Positions 63,271 to 64,000 of a stretch of DNA of 64,000 nt are shown here, one piece after another. Numbering within the stretch: the first letter of the stretch is position 1; each line of letters starts with the position of its first letter. Origin of the DNA: Mobula hypostoma. Its lineage: Eukaryota. The position numbers and the translations under genes were made by a program. The stretch is from the NCBI RefSeq assembly GCF_963921235.1, contig NC_086109.1, positions 37,946,001 to 38,010,000 on the forward strand, written 5' to 3'. The notes under the pieces are model-generated. The model saw nothing but the letters and a program-made list of their open reading frames with translations, was not told the origin of the DNA and made no database searches.

Positions 63271-64000
63271 GTGGATTCAATTTTAAAAAAGAAGTTATAT
63301 TGGATCCAGATATAGGACCTGGATAATTGAGTAGTATAAGACTGTGGTTTATCTAGACTTCCTTTTCACTGTGTGGAAGTTCTGTAGCTATGCCTCACTC
63401 AAACCTCTAGGGACAGGTGGGCAGCCTATTTCAGCACCTGCTCTTCAGCAGGCTGGAAGTACATGACCAGAAATTGCATATCTTTAAATTTGCCTGATTC
63501 ACACCCCACAACTTGAAAAGACAATAGAGTATCAAGTGTTAGCGATAACATTTGAACATAATGCATCACCTTCTTCCACCGCACTAGGAAGTCCTTGAAT
63601 CCTGTAAGTCAGACAGCTATGGAATATGGATGCCAGTGCAGGGATATCAAATAAATGTGGCAATCTTCCTTATTGCCTCAGGAGAATTTGATTCCTGTTA
63701 AGGAAGTTGAATTTTCAACTGAAGAAATGAAAGTTCAATTACAATACCAAGTTGCAGAATTTGCACTGCCAAATCCATCGCTTACCACCCCCCCCCCCCC
63801 ACAACTACACCAAAGAATAGAGTCTGTATGTACTTCACTCTAATGCAGACTTGGCAATGTATGCAAAGACTTAGATTATAAATGATATGGAGCACATTTA
63901 TTGTGGGCTATTAACACATCAGCATATGTTTAGTACATAGCAAAGTGCTAAACTTGATAACAGGTTGCTAGCACCTATATAAAGGTACACCTTTGAGCTC

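Noticed and set aside
1..64000. CRISPR arrays, operons, prokaryotic systems, rRNA or tRNA genes
   Set aside because: No regularly spaced repeat-spacer array or gene-dense region; the sequence is vertebrate-type repeat-rich DNA.

Overview
Eukaryotic, AT-rich, repeat-dense intergenic or intronic DNA with no host-gene exon I can identify. The repeat mix (many CR1 LINEs, V-domain and Deu-domain SINEs, Rex1/Babar, RTE, Penelope-like elements) points to a vertebrate, most likely a cartilaginous fish; this is inference, not a database match. Every ORF I can assign to a protein family is a broken transposon gene. Contents: the 5' part of a Gypsy LTR retrotransposon (LTR, tRNA-Pro-type PBS, frameshifted gag), decayed CR1, Rex1, RTE and Tx1 LINEs, Penelope-like elements (PLEs), Tc1, mariner, Tigger-like and hAT MITEs, and several nested insertions with visible target-site duplications (TSDs). 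The most notable signals are RNA-level: (i) eight copies of a 36-nt minimal type-I hammerhead ribozyme motif in PLE termini, two of them identical and intact; (ii) three inverted PLE insertions sharing the same arm asymmetry; (iii) a candidate HDV-like ribozyme at the 5' end of a 614-bp TSD-flanked non-coding retroposon; (iv) an unclassified 610-bp element with nested TIRs, a direct repeat and a microsatellite. Family names come from motif recognition only; no searches or folding programs were run, and many element boundaries are approximate.
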